Below, one piece after another: positions 41,896 to 50,759 of a stretch of DNA of 51,051 bases. Under the pieces are notes generated by a model that saw only the letters and a program-made list of their open reading frames with translations, did not search any database and had not been told where the DNA came from. The stretch covers positions 1 to 51,051 of the forward strand of contig CALIBI010000010.1 in NCBI GenBank assembly GCA_938045815.1, given 5' to 3'. Source of the DNA: an uncultured Sulfolobales archaeon. Its GTDB lineage: Archaea; Thermoproteota; Thermoprotei_A; Sulfolobales; NBVN01. Within the stretch, counting starts at the first letter, position 1, and each line of letters begins with the position of its first letter. The position numbers and the translations under genes are program-made.

Positions 41896-42837
41896 CTAGC
41901 CTCTGTAGTATGGCTTGCCTAGAGATGCTGGAGGTCTTGCGCCTCTAGAGATTACGAGCAGTGATAACAGGACAGCCAGATACGGCAACATTACCATGAA
42001 GTACGTCATTTCAGGTCTGCCCATTTTTATGAATACGTCTTGGAGACTAATTCCTAGAGACCAGCTTATACCAAATATTAAGCTACCTGATAAGCTGCGT
42101 AGGGGGTCCCACTTCCCGAAATATGCTAAGCCTATGGCGATGAACCCCATTCCGTATGTCAGGTTCTCGTAGAAGAGTCCCGTTATTTCTAAGCAAAGAA
42201 TAGTTCCAGCTAAGCCAGCCATAGCAGAAGACACAACTAGTGATGCTAGCCTATATAGCGTGACATTAATACCTGCCACGTCACATGCTTTAGGATTCTC
42301 ACCAAGAGCTCTAATCCATAAACCTATTCTAGTATTATAAATGATAAGCCAGAACACACCAGTTAGTAAGAACATCAAGTAAACACCAGGGTATTGATTA
42401 AAGAGTGCTCTACCAATCACGGGAATCTCAGAAAGTATTGGTATTCTTAAAGTTGGGGTTTTTGGTATGAAGATTATTTTACCCGCGTATAAAGCTCTAT
42501 AGAGAAAGTCTGAGAGACCGAAACCAAGAAAATATAATCCCATACCAGCTACTACCTGATTAAACCTCAGAATAATCTCGAATAACCCTAATAGTAGACC
42601 CAGCACGACACCAGTCAAGATTCCTGCCGCATATCCAAGCAGTAGGTTACCAGATAAAAACACTACGTGAAAACTCACGAAAGCGGACATGAGCATTATG
42701 CCATCAATACCTAAGTTTATTACGCCTGACCTCTCACCAAATACTTCACCCAAGCTAGAAATAGCTACTGGTGCTGACATTGTTAGGCCCAAGCCTACTA
42801 TAGACTGAATTAGCTCAAGACTCATATTCGCCCTCAC
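41896..42837 (-). CDS. Nucleoside/sugar ABC transporter permease (BPD_transp_2)
   Basis: GE.FGERSGVINLGIDG, RALGENP.A...AGINV and GMGFIAI. Confidence 0.92.
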   Translation of the reverse strand: MRANMSLELIQSIVGLGLTMSAPVAISSLGEVFGERSGVINLGIDGIMLMSAFVSFHVVFLSGNLLLGYAAGILTGVVLGLLLGLFEIILRFNQVVAGMGLYFLGFGLSDFLYRALYAGKIIFIPKTPTLRIPILSEIPVIGRALFNQYPGVYLMFLLTGVFWLIIYNTRIGLWIRALGENPKACDVAGINVTLYRLASLVVSSAMAGLAGTILCLEITGLFYENLTYGMGFIAIGLAYFGKWDPLRSLSGSLIFGISWSLGISLQDVFIKMGRPEMTYFMVMLPYLAVLLSLLVISRGARPPASLGKPYYRG

Positions 42838-43898
42838 CTAACAACTAACTTAACTCTATACAGCACTAAAATAGTAAATAACATGAAAAATAAGTAAATT
42901 AACCCTTCCACAGCCTTCGAGTAAGTGTAAGTTAATCCAGTAGCTGACTGTAGGTATACTGATCCGTTATATATCATCCCGAATATTAACGAGGAACCAA
43001 TCACGCCTATTGGGTGATTCCTGCCTATGAGTGCTGTGATTATTGACGTATACCCTAAACCAACTGCTATGCCTTCATATAAGAAATGAAAAACTCCGAG
43101 GACCTCTATTCCACCAGCTAAGCCTGCTAACGCACCACTATACATCATACTAAAGACTATGAGATTCTTGACAGGAAATCCTGCATATTTAGCTGCATGA
43201 GGATTATTTCCTAAGACTCTTATCATGAAACCTAGTTTAGTCCTGAATAATAAGTAGTACGTCATGAAAGCTATAAATATAGCGACCAAAAAACCTACGT
43301 GGAGCCTGCTTTCAGGCAACATCAAAGGTAACTTAGCACTGATAGGTGGTGACATGGGCCACATCTCAGAGAGAGGATTTTTCAGAGGACCTCTCAAAAG
43401 CCATTGCATAATTTTAAAAGCCAACCAATTCATAATTACTGTAACAACTATCTCGTTTATCTCAAAATACGCTCTCATAAAACCAGCGATAAATGCCCAG
43501 AAAGCTCCAGCAAGAGCTCCAGCGAACATACTTGCTATCAGTGTTATACCTGCATCCATACCAATGCCCTGTAGGTAGAGAGCTGTAGCCGTGGTAGCTA
43601 TCGCTCCAAATAAGTACTGGCCTTCCGCACCAACATTCAAAACACCTGATCTGTTAGAGAAAGCTATTCCCACACCCATTAATAAGAATGGAGTAGTTCT
43701 AAGAAGAGTATCCGTGATCTGAATATATCCTCCTAGAGACCCCCTAATAAATGAGAAGTAACCAGTTATTGGATCAACGTTAGACCATATCATTAATAAT
43801 GAACCGACTAAAAACGCTGCACCTACAGATAGTAGAGGTAGTAACAGTATGTGTGTTAAGTCCGTTCTTCTTTCCTCAAATACTATGCTTAAGCCCAA
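42834..43898 (-). CDS. Nucleoside/sugar ABC transporter permease (BPD_transp_2)
   Basis: RSGVLNVGAEGQ, NEIVVT, G.NPHAAKYAG and GALAGLAG. Confidence 0.92.
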   Translation of the reverse strand: MGLSIVFEERRTDLTHILLLPLLSVGAAFLVGSLLMIWSNVDPITGYFSFIRGSLGGYIQITDTLLRTTPFLLMGVGIAFSNRSGVLNVGAEGQYLFGAIATTATALYLQGIGMDAGITLIASMFAGALAGAFWAFIAGFMRAYFEINEIVVTVIMNWLAFKIMQWLLRGPLKNPLSEMWPMSPPISAKLPLMLPESRLHVGFLVAIFIAFMTYYLLFRTKLGFMIRVLGNNPHAAKYAGFPVKNLIVFSMMYSGALAGLAGGIEVLGVFHFLYEGIAVGLGYTSIITALIGRNHPIGVIGSSLIFGMIYNGSVYLQSATGLTYTYSKAVEGLIYLFFMLFTILVLYRVKLVVR

Positions 43899-45460
43899 AG
43901 TGCCTCAATCCTCTCTTTATTCATTTTGCTGTATCCAGCCATCATTAAACCAATATCTTCTATCTCTAACTCACCCGGCTTGAAAACCCCAACAATCTCA
44001 CCACCATACATCACAGCGATCTTATCACTTATGGAGAGTATTTCTGAGAGATCGCTAGATATAAGTATTACGCTACACTTTTTATTTCTTAACTCAATGA
44101 GTTTCCTACGAACAAATTCTGTCGCAGCTATGTCTAGTCCTGCCGTGGGTTCTTCAGCTATAAGTAGCTTAGGATTCCTCTCAATTTCCCTACCCACAAT
44201 CACTCTCTGAATATTACCTCCAGACAAGTTCTTAACCAGTGCCTTATGAGATGGCGTAACTACGCTGTACCTAGTTATGAGCTCTTTTGCTAGCTCTTCT
44301 ATGACCCTGACGTCTATTGGTTTTAGGTTATTAGGTATTGCTGGGAAGTCCTTAATTATTTTGCTGTCGTAGATCCTGGTTAACACTACGTTTTCGTAGA
44401 GTGGGAGGTCCCCTACTGTTCCGTACTTCAATCTCTCAGCTGGTATGTAGGAGATTCCGAGCTGAATCCTTTCTAAAACATTACTATTAGTTATGTCCTG
44501 ATTTAAGAAGAATATCTTCCCGCGAGTAGGTCTTCTTATTCCGTATAGAGTTTCAGCAAGTTCTTTTTGACCGTTCCCAGAAACTCCGGCAATACCTAAG
44601 ATCTCACCGGCTCTAACCCTAATATTAACGTCTTTTAAGGCTAGATTACCTCTATCCCCTAACGCCTCCAGGTTTCGTACCTCAAGAACAACCTCACTAA
44701 CTGGAGTGGTGGAAGGATTCTTAATATCTAAAAACACGTCTTTACCGACCATCAACCTAGCTAGTAATCTAGGGTTAGCCTCATCTCTGAGTAACTCACC
44801 AGTGACTTCACCATGTCTTAAGACCATTATTCTGTCTGCTATATGAAGAACCTCCTCGAGTTTATGTGATATGAAGATTATTGATAAACCACGCTGCTTC
44901 AAAGCTATCACAGCTTTAAAAAGTTCTCTAGTTTCTTGTGGTGTGAGAACTGACGTTGGCTCGTCAAGTATCAAGACTTTCGGGTTTCTGAAAAGAGTCT
45001 TCAGGATCTCAACTTTCTGCTTTTCTCCAGCAGATAGCTGCCATACTTTCGCGTAAGGGTTAATTTTGATACCTAACTTATCAGCAAATTCTTCAATCTC
45101 TTTCGCCACTTTCTTCAGATTAACGAAGAATCCTACCTCCCTTAACCCTAAAACTATGTTCTCAGCTATCGTTAAGTCCTCTACTAAAGTGAAGTGCTGG
45201 TGAACCATGCCGATACCGTTTCTGATGGCGTCTAGGGGTGAGCGATGAATAACTTTCTTACCCTCTATGTAGATCTCACCTTTATTCGGCTGTAGCAATC
45301 CATATAAAACATTCATGAGTGTAGTCTTACCAGCACCATTCTCACCTAAAACAGCCAGCACCTCACCCTTATAGAGTTTTAGATTAACATGATTAACAGC
45401 CACGACTCCCGGGAACTTCTTGACTATGTTTCTCATCTCAATAATAACTTTCCTCTCCAC
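43889..45460 (-). CDS. CUT2-type ABC ATPase (tandem domains)
   Basis: GENGAGKTT, VHQHF, LSAGEKQ, ILDEPT, GVSGNGQ and LSGGNIQ. Confidence 0.95.
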   Translation of the reverse strand: MERKVIIEMRNIVKKFPGVVAVNHVNLKLYKGEVLAVLGENGAGKTTLMNVLYGLLQPNKGEIYIEGKKVIHRSPLDAIRNGIGMVHQHFTLVEDLTIAENIVLGLREVGFFVNLKKVAKEIEEFADKLGIKINPYAKVWQLSAGEKQKVEILKTLFRNPKVLILDEPTSVLTPQETRELFKAVIALKQRGLSIIFISHKLEEVLHIADRIMVLRHGEVTGELLRDEANPRLLARLMVGKDVFLDIKNPSTTPVSEVVLEVRNLEALGDRGNLALKDVNIRVRAGEILGIAGVSGNGQKELAETLYGIRRPTRGKIFFLNQDITNSNVLERIQLGISYIPAERLKYGTVGDLPLYENVVLTRIYDSKIIKDFPAIPNNLKPIDVRVIEELAKELITRYSVVTPSHKALVKNLSGGNIQRVIVGREIERNPKLLIAEEPTAGLDIAATEFVRRKLIELRNKKCSVILISSDLSEILSISDKIAVMYGGEIVGVFKPGELEIEDIGLMMAGYSKMNKERIEALWA

Positions 45461-45513
45461 TATCTAAACACCCACTCTAAGAGAATTACTTTGTTAGGGA
45501 AAAAATAGGTATT

Positions 45514-46542
45514 TTAAGGCCTAAACCCTGTAGAAATCTGACCACTCACTATCTTGTTAATTATTTCTTGTGCTTCCGACCAGATATTAGAAGGTAATGC
45601 ACCGCCAGGCACTATTTTCAGACCATTATTCTCTAAATTAATCCAGTATTCTTGCCCGCCCTGAGTCTTGAGCTTACCACTCAAATAGTCCTGGTAGAAC
45701 TGTTCGAATATGACACTCCAATCCCATATCTCAGCTAGTAGTAGTCCCTCTGGGTATATCTCAGGATGGTAAGTGCCGCTCATCATGACGTATATCCCAG
45801 CGTCCTTAGCTCCTGAGATCCCGCCTAACTGACACCCGTCACCCATGGTTTTGACTACATCAATCTTATACTGCTCAACTAAGGCTGCAGTAGCTAGTTT
45901 TGCTTTAGGAACGTCGTGAAAGTCGCCCGTGTAGACTACGTGGAGTACTGCGTCCGGATTCAGGCCAACATACTTGAGTCCTTCTCTAAGTCCTATCTCA
46001 CACCTAGATAGCTCCGCTACTGCCATCCCAGCAACATAACCTATGTGTCCTGTCTTAGTAACTTTACTAGCTATATAAGCAGCAACAAAACAGGACTGAT
46101 CCGTTCTTACATCACCTATACTTACTCTAGGCCCCTTATACTGAGGAGCTCCAGCAATAGCTAAGAAATAAACATCCCTCGTTACCTCACCAGCTATCTT
46201 AGCCATCGGCTCACCAAACTGAAAACCAACACCAATTATTAAGTCGTAACCCTGCTCCACATAACTCCTTATCGTTGCTTCTATCTGAGCAGGGTCATAC
46301 ACTCCCTGAACCCAAGCAATATCTACTTCTGGGTGCCTACCACGGAAAGCCTCCATAGCTCTATAGCCAGCCTCATTCCAAGCTGTGTCAGTAACACTTC
46401 CAGGGAATATGAAAGCAATCTTCACTCTCTGCGGCGCTGCAGGCGGTGGTTGAGTTACTGACGCAACATAATAACCTACTAGACCAGCAATAATAGCTAT
46501 TACAAGCACTATGATAGCTATATGTAAACGTGTGACTACCAT
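45514..46542 (-). CDS. BMP/PnrA-family ABC substrate-binding protein (nucleoside-type)
   Basis: N-terminal TM anchor plus Pro-rich linker; 'PGSVTDTAWN', 'GYDLIIGVGFQF', 'TKTGHIGYVAG' and 'YTGDFHD'. Confidence 0.9.
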   Translation of the reverse strand: MVVTRLHIAIIVLVIAIIAGLVGYYVASVTQPPPAAPQRVKIAFIFPGSVTDTAWNEAGYRAMEAFRGRHPEVDIAWVQGVYDPAQIEATIRSYVEQGYDLIIGVGFQFGEPMAKIAGEVTRDVYFLAIAGAPQYKGPRVSIGDVRTDQSCFVAAYIASKVTKTGHIGYVAGMAVAELSRCEIGLREGLKYVGLNPDAVLHVVYTGDFHDVPKAKLATAALVEQYKIDVVKTMGDGCQLGGISGAKDAGIYVMMSGTYHPEIYPEGLLLAEIWDWSVIFEQFYQDYLSGKLKTQGGQEYWINLENNGLKIVPGGALPSNIWSEAQEIINKIVSGQISTGFRP

Positions 46543-46795
46543 GTTAGATACCTCAAATTAAGAATGAGTAACGGTTTTTAAATTTTTAATTCCCAGTTAA
46601 GTGAGTATAACATCCTACATAACTTCTTTCTCATTAGATTCAAGACCTAGATTCTCTGCTAATTCTTGTTTTAATAGTTCTTAATATGAAGCTAAGAGTA
46701 AAGAAGCAGATGATGTAGTAATATCGCTTTCAAGAACCAATTCTTTTCGAGAAATCGCTACTCGTAAATATATTAACGAGAAACTACATTAATTA

Positions 46796-46857
46796 ACGGC
46801 GTGATGAGAAGAGGGTCTAGTGAGTTAAGATGAGCTATGCCGGAAATACTGAGTCGT
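46796..46857 (+). ncRNA. C/D-box guide sRNA
   Basis: ACGGC/GTCGT terminal stem; C GTGATGA (46801) - 12-nt GAAGAGGGTCTA - D' GTGA - C'-like ATGAGCT - 12-nt ATGCCGGAAATA - D CTGA (46849); TATA-like AATATATTA at ~46767. Confidence 0.75.
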
Positions 46858-46862
46858 CACGT

Positions 46863-47318
46863 ATGTTTCGAGTGGACTCCACCTACCTAATAATTTTTGT
46901 TTTGTTGTTTACGGGTTTCTTCACACTAATTAACTTACTAATAGGATTTCAAGAGAGCTTACCGCAGAGATTCCTCACGGTATTAAACACGGCTTCCTTC
47001 GTTACTTTAGTAAGTGTTCTGATCCTGCACACAATATATCATAACAAGAATACTGCTGCAATACTCTTAATTAGTTGCGGGATTTTCGTGATATCCTACT
47101 ACAGTTACGTGATCTTTAAAGCATTCAGCAAAGACTTAACAATAATACCCTACCCACTACTAATCGAGCTTAAAGGAAGCAGTAATTCAGTCTATGTGGT
47201 AGACCTGCCGCAAATCATTATTATCTCTCTACTCATACGCTACGCCTACAAAAAACACAAAGAACTAAGGAATCCTGAAGAAGTAGAAACTGAAATCACT
47301 GCCTCAAGTCATGCGTGA
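46863..47318 (+). CDS. Hypothetical multi-pass membrane protein
   Basis: About four hydrophobic segments. The start was moved from 46830 (inside the sRNA) to the in-frame ATG 46863. Confidence 0.65.
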   Translation: MFRVDSTYLIIFVLLFTGFFTLINLLIGFQESLPQRFLTVLNTASFVTLVSVLILHTIYHNKNTAAILLISCGIFVISYYSYVIFKAFSKDLTIIPYPLLIELKGSSNSVYVVDLPQIIIISLLIRYAYKKHKELRNPEEVETEITASSHA

Positions 47319-47409
47319 ATAAAAAGAAATCTCCTATCTATGAGGTCACCATAAAATGGTGCCGGAATTCTCAAATACTTATAAGCTTTTGTTTTACTTT
47401 TGTTTTGGT

Positions 47410-47506
47410 GCCGCGGTAGTATAGCCCGGTCAAGTATGCGGGCCTCTCGAGCCGCGTTAAGCGTGGAAAGCCCGTGACCCGGGTTCAAATCCCGGCCGCG
47501 GCACCA
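47410..47506 (+). tRNA. tRNA-Glu(CTC) with a 19-nt anticodon-loop intron (~47450-47468); CCA encoded
   Basis: GCCGCGGTAGTATAGCCCGGTCAAGTATG-CGGGC-CT CTC G[intron]A-GCCCG...GGCACCA. The boundary can slide by up to a few nt because of sequence redundancy. Confidence 0.93.
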
Positions 47507-47535
47507 CTGACGCTGATTACCTGTTACTCGGGTTT

Positions 47536-47832
47536 CTACTTCCTACGTTTTAGTGTGAAAGTATGTCCTCTCACGTCTATTATTTCAGCGTTGAGTTTTC
47601 TTGAGACTTCAGTTGCTATTTCCTCGACTTCAAGTTCTTTGAGTGCTGTCTTCAGTATCTTGACCTTAACTATTTCTTCTTTCTCCAGGAGTCTGCGAAT
47701 CTCGTTTATGGTTCCCTCACTTAATCCTTTCTTCCCTATCCTCACTCTGGCTGGCTTGCTCAAGACCTTCCTTACGTTTCTTGTTTCTTTTTCACGCAAG
47801 GTTTTCTCATCACCCAGCCACATTGTAAGCAT
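47536..47832 (-). CDS. YhbY/CRM-domain RNA-binding protein
   Basis: VRIGKKGL, E.EEIVKVKIL and IIDVRGHTFTL. Confidence 0.9.
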   Translation of the reverse strand: MLTMWLGDEKTLREKETRNVRKVLSKPARVRIGKKGLSEGTINEIRRLLEKEEIVKVKILKTALKELEVEEIATEVSRKLNAEIIDVRGHTFTLKRRK

Positions 47833-48113
47833 GTCAGAGTTATTATAACTTGCTTTCTATTACTTCTTATCCTGACTCTAGCTGTTGTTCCCGGGATTAA
47901 AGGTACTAAGCAATTCTCACATACGTACCTCCTGTAGAGTAAGGGTTTTCTAGCTCTGGCTTTACGGAGGAGTCTGAGACCTAATTCTATTTCTTTCCTG
48001 GCTACCTCTATTAAGCCTAGCTTGAGCATCTTAACTGATGTGTTGTAGAGTATTAGGGATCTCTGAATAGCTAAGTCTCTGATTAAGCCACGCCTCCCCA
48101 CCTTAAGCCGCAC
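47772..48113 (-). CDS. rnp4: Ribonuclease P protein Rpp21
   Basis: 'LAIQRS..LY', RRYVCENC...LIPG.TARVR and TCLQCGWVMR zinc ribbon; adjacent to yhbY. Confidence 0.9.
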   Translation of the reverse strand: MRLKVGRRGLIRDLAIQRSLILYNTSVKMLKLGLIEVARKEIELGLRLLRKARARKPLLYRRYVCENCLVPLIPGTTARVRIRSNRKQVIITLTCLQCGWVMRKPCVKKKQET

Positions 48114-48201
48114 CTCGTCAGGGCCTACTACCTAGATTAGTACCACCAACGATATAACTTGAATTCTTATTAACTTAGTTTCGTTAAGTCTTTGTGGTGG
48201 T

Positions 48202-49143
48202 ATGTTGGAGTTAAGAGAATTTAGTTCTAGGATATCAGACTTAATCACTAAGGCTTCTAGGAGTGTTGTGACTGTCTTCACTTTAGTGCCTAGCATAGAC
48301 ATATTCTTTAGGTATAGGGAGGTTAGGGGTGCTGGGTCAGGATTCTTCGTGGAACCCGGCTTAGTAGTTACTAACGCTCACGTGGTGATGAATGCGAGAG
48401 AGGTTGTGGTTCTAGTACCTAAGTACGGGAAAGAGAGAGCTAGAGTACTTGTTGCTGACCCCTACAGAGACTTAGCTCTGCTTAGGGTTGGGGTGAGTGA
48501 CGCGGAACCTCTGCCGTTAGGAGACTCAGACAAGCTTAAAGTAGGTGATTTAGTTTTCGCGATAGGCTCTCCCCTAGGCTTGCCCGGTCCCTCAGTATCG
48601 ATGGGTGTTGTGAGTGCTTTAGGTAGAACCATAACTGGAGAGAACATAGTCTTGGAAGACTTAGTTCAGACAGACGCAGCTATAAACCCAGGCAATAGTG
48701 GTGGCCCGCTAGTGAACGTTGATGGCGAGGCCGTAGGGGTAGCTACAGCTATAATACCGTACGCTCAAGGAATAGGTTTCGCGATACCGATAAATACCGT
48801 AAGGAGGTTTATTCAGATGATCAGAGAATACGGTACTGTTGTTAGGGCTTGGTTAGGTGTTTACGTAACACCCCTAACAGAAGAAGCAGTTAAGCTCTAC
48901 GAGCTACCTGTCAGTGAGGGTGTTGTGATCGTTAACATAGTTCCTGGATCACCAGCAGACAAGCACGGACTAGCGATAGGTGACATAATAGTTGAAGCAA
49001 ATAATAAGCCAGTGAGGAAAGTAAGTGATTTGAGAGCCGCGATAGAAGAAAGCATAAGTTCCGAATGTGTCAACCTGAAAATCGTTAGAGGTCATAAAGT
49101 AATAAGTAGGTGCGTACCCCCAGTTGTTGAGAGACTCTACTAA
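48202..49143 (+). CDS. HtrA/DegP-family serine protease with one PDZ domain
   Basis: GSGF, TNAHVV, DLALL and QTDAAINPGNSGGPL; PDZ 'WLGV...GSPA...GDII'; no obvious signal peptide. Confidence 0.95.
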   Translation: MLELREFSSRISDLITKASRSVVTVFTLVPSIDIFFRYREVRGAGSGFFVEPGLVVTNAHVVMNAREVVVLVPKYGKERARVLVADPYRDLALLRVGVSDAEPLPLGDSDKLKVGDLVFAIGSPLGLPGPSVSMGVVSALGRTITGENIVLEDLVQTDAAINPGNSGGPLVNVDGEAVGVATAIIPYAQGIGFAIPINTVRRFIQMIREYGTVVRAWLGVYVTPLTEEAVKLYELPVSEGVVIVNIVPGSPADKHGLAIGDIIVEANNKPVRKVSDLRAAIEESISSECVNLKIVRGHKVISRCVPPVVERLY

Positions 49144-49219
49144 CCTACACACAACCCACAAAGACTTGTTTTGTTGGACTCATGAAAACTTTAATAATCC
49201 CCAGAAAAATTATTATTGG

Positions 49220-49304
49220 GCCGCCGTAGCTCAGCCCGGGAGAGCACCCGGCTGAAGTTTTACTGGAGACCGGGGTGTCCGGGGTTCAAATCCCCGCGGC
49301 GGCA
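49220..49304 (+). tRNA. tRNA-Phe(GAA) with an 11-nt intron (49258-49268); CCA not encoded
   Basis: GCCGCCGTAGCTCAGCCCGGGAGAGCA-CCCGG-CT GAA G[TTTTACTGGAG]A-CCGGG...CGGCGGCA, followed by TAA. Confidence 0.93.
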
Positions 49305-49314
49305 TAACCTAAAA

Positions 49315-50031
49315 TTAGAGAATTATCTTAAGGTATTCCTCGCACGCGTGAACAATTATTGATGCTACGACCCAAGCATCTAGTGGTTTATGGTATATGG
49401 AGTACGTGGCTACTGCGTTAGCCACCACCTCGTTAGAGAATTCCCCGTGCGGAAACCCCCCAATAGCTATCGGTAAGTCCTTCTTCAAAGCTTCCTCACA
49501 TATCTTCTTAGGACTTGCGAGAACCCCCTTCTCGTTCAGTAGTATTAGACCCTGAACACCTAACTTCTTAAGCAAGCTTGTTATGGTTGACGGGAAAATT
49601 CTGAGGAGAGGTTTTCTTGCTTCTGGAGGGACTACCCCCTCCCTAAACAACTGTTCTATTAAGCTAACGAACCTGTTGTAGTTTCTTGGTATGCGTATCT
49701 CTGGATTAACCTCGATGACGTAGTCACCGTACGTATGCACGAGAACTTGGAGTTTCCCCTCTATGTTGAGGGGTGAGGACAGTATCTCAAGCAGTGTTAC
49801 GTGCACTATATCTGGTCTGCCTCTCTTCACGGAATCATGGAGGTTTTTCATAGCGTGGTAATGAACAGACTTATCTAGTAGGATCTCAGTCGGTTTCTTA
49901 TTCCTGAGCTTAGCGCTCTTAATTACTGCCGCGTGATTACAGATCTCTCGAGGGACTAGTTCCAGGGACGCCTCAGCAATCACTATCTTTACTAAACTCA
50001 CGGACAACCCTGGGTTACTTAGTATCGGCAC
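49315..50031 (-). CDS. nep1: Nep1/Emg1 rRNA pseudouridine N1-methyltransferase (SPOUT); start may be GTG 50001
   Basis: EASLELVP, LLD.S.H, RGRPDIVH, SPLN, RIPRNYNRF and IGGFPHGEF. Confidence 0.94.
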   Translation of the reverse strand: MPILSNPGLSVSLVKIVIAEASLELVPREICNHAAVIKSAKLRNKKPTEILLDKSVHYHAMKNLHDSVKRGRPDIVHVTLLEILSSPLNIEGKLQVLVHTYGDYVIEVNPEIRIPRNYNRFVSLIEQLFREGVVPPEARKPLLRIFPSTITSLLKKLGVQGLILLNEKGVLASPKKICEEALKKDLPIAIGGFPHGEFSNEVVANAVATYSIYHKPLDAWVVASIIVHACEEYLKIIL

Positions 50032-50107
50032 GAATAAAAAGAATCACGTACACCCAAATACTGCTCTTGTTCCTCACGACGTCACTGCGGACGTGGTTCG
50101 GCACGTC

Positions 50108-50569
50108 CTACAAGTCTAACACAGTACTCACGTACCAGCAATCATTTTCTTTAGTTATCTTCATGAGTGAGTATGTGACTGCCTTCACTTCATTTCTGAT
50201 TTCGTGTTTTTCCGGGTCTACGTACTCTCCGCAGACCTCCCCCATAAATCTGAGCGGTTTGTTTAGTTCTGACAAACTCTTCACTCTCTTCTCGAATACT
50301 ACGCTGAGTTGAGTGAAAGCTAGTTTCTCGACACTAAATATTATCAGTAGGTCTTCTAACCATCTGTAGAGTGCGTTATAAGCATCTATACCACTATCAA
50401 CTATGAGTTTCCGCGTCTTACACTCTACTTTGGAGGTGTTCAGCATAACCTCGAAGAGAGCTCTACCAGCGTTCTCGAAAGCTTCCTCAAGTGTTTTTCC
50501 TGAAGCCTCAAAGTACGCGTCCGTAGTGTGTTCCAGGAATCTGTAGCCACCACAGGAAGACCTCCCCAC
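50108..50569 (-). CDS. Archease
   Basis: YRFLEHTTD, G.TLEEAFENA, EVKAVTYS and a C-terminal LDL. Confidence 0.94.
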   Translation of the reverse strand: MGRSSCGGYRFLEHTTDAYFEASGKTLEEAFENAGRALFEVMLNTSKVECKTRKLIVDSGIDAYNALYRWLEDLLIIFSVEKLAFTQLSVVFEKRVKSLSELNKPLRFMGEVCGEYVDPEKHEIRNEVKAVTYSLMKITKENDCWYVSTVLDL

Positions 50570-50666
50570 CTCTTACCCCTACTATGAGGCTACGTAATTT
50601 CTAATAAGTGAGTTTAGTGTAGTGATTCCTTAAAATTTAAATTATAGGCTTACTTCTATTACTTTG

Positions 50667-50759
50667 GCGGCGGTCGTCTAGCCTGGTCTAGGACGCCGGC
50701 CTTCCAAGGTATCCGTAGAACGCCGGAGATCCCGGGTTCGAATCCCGGCCGCCGCACCA
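50667..50759 (+). tRNA. tRNA-Gly(TCC) with a 14-nt intron (best fit 37/38, 50707-50720); CCA encoded
   Basis: GCGGCGGTCGTCTAGCCTGGTCTAGGACG-CCGGC-CT TCC A[AGGTATCCGTAGAA]C-GCCGG...CCGCACCA. Confidence 0.92.
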
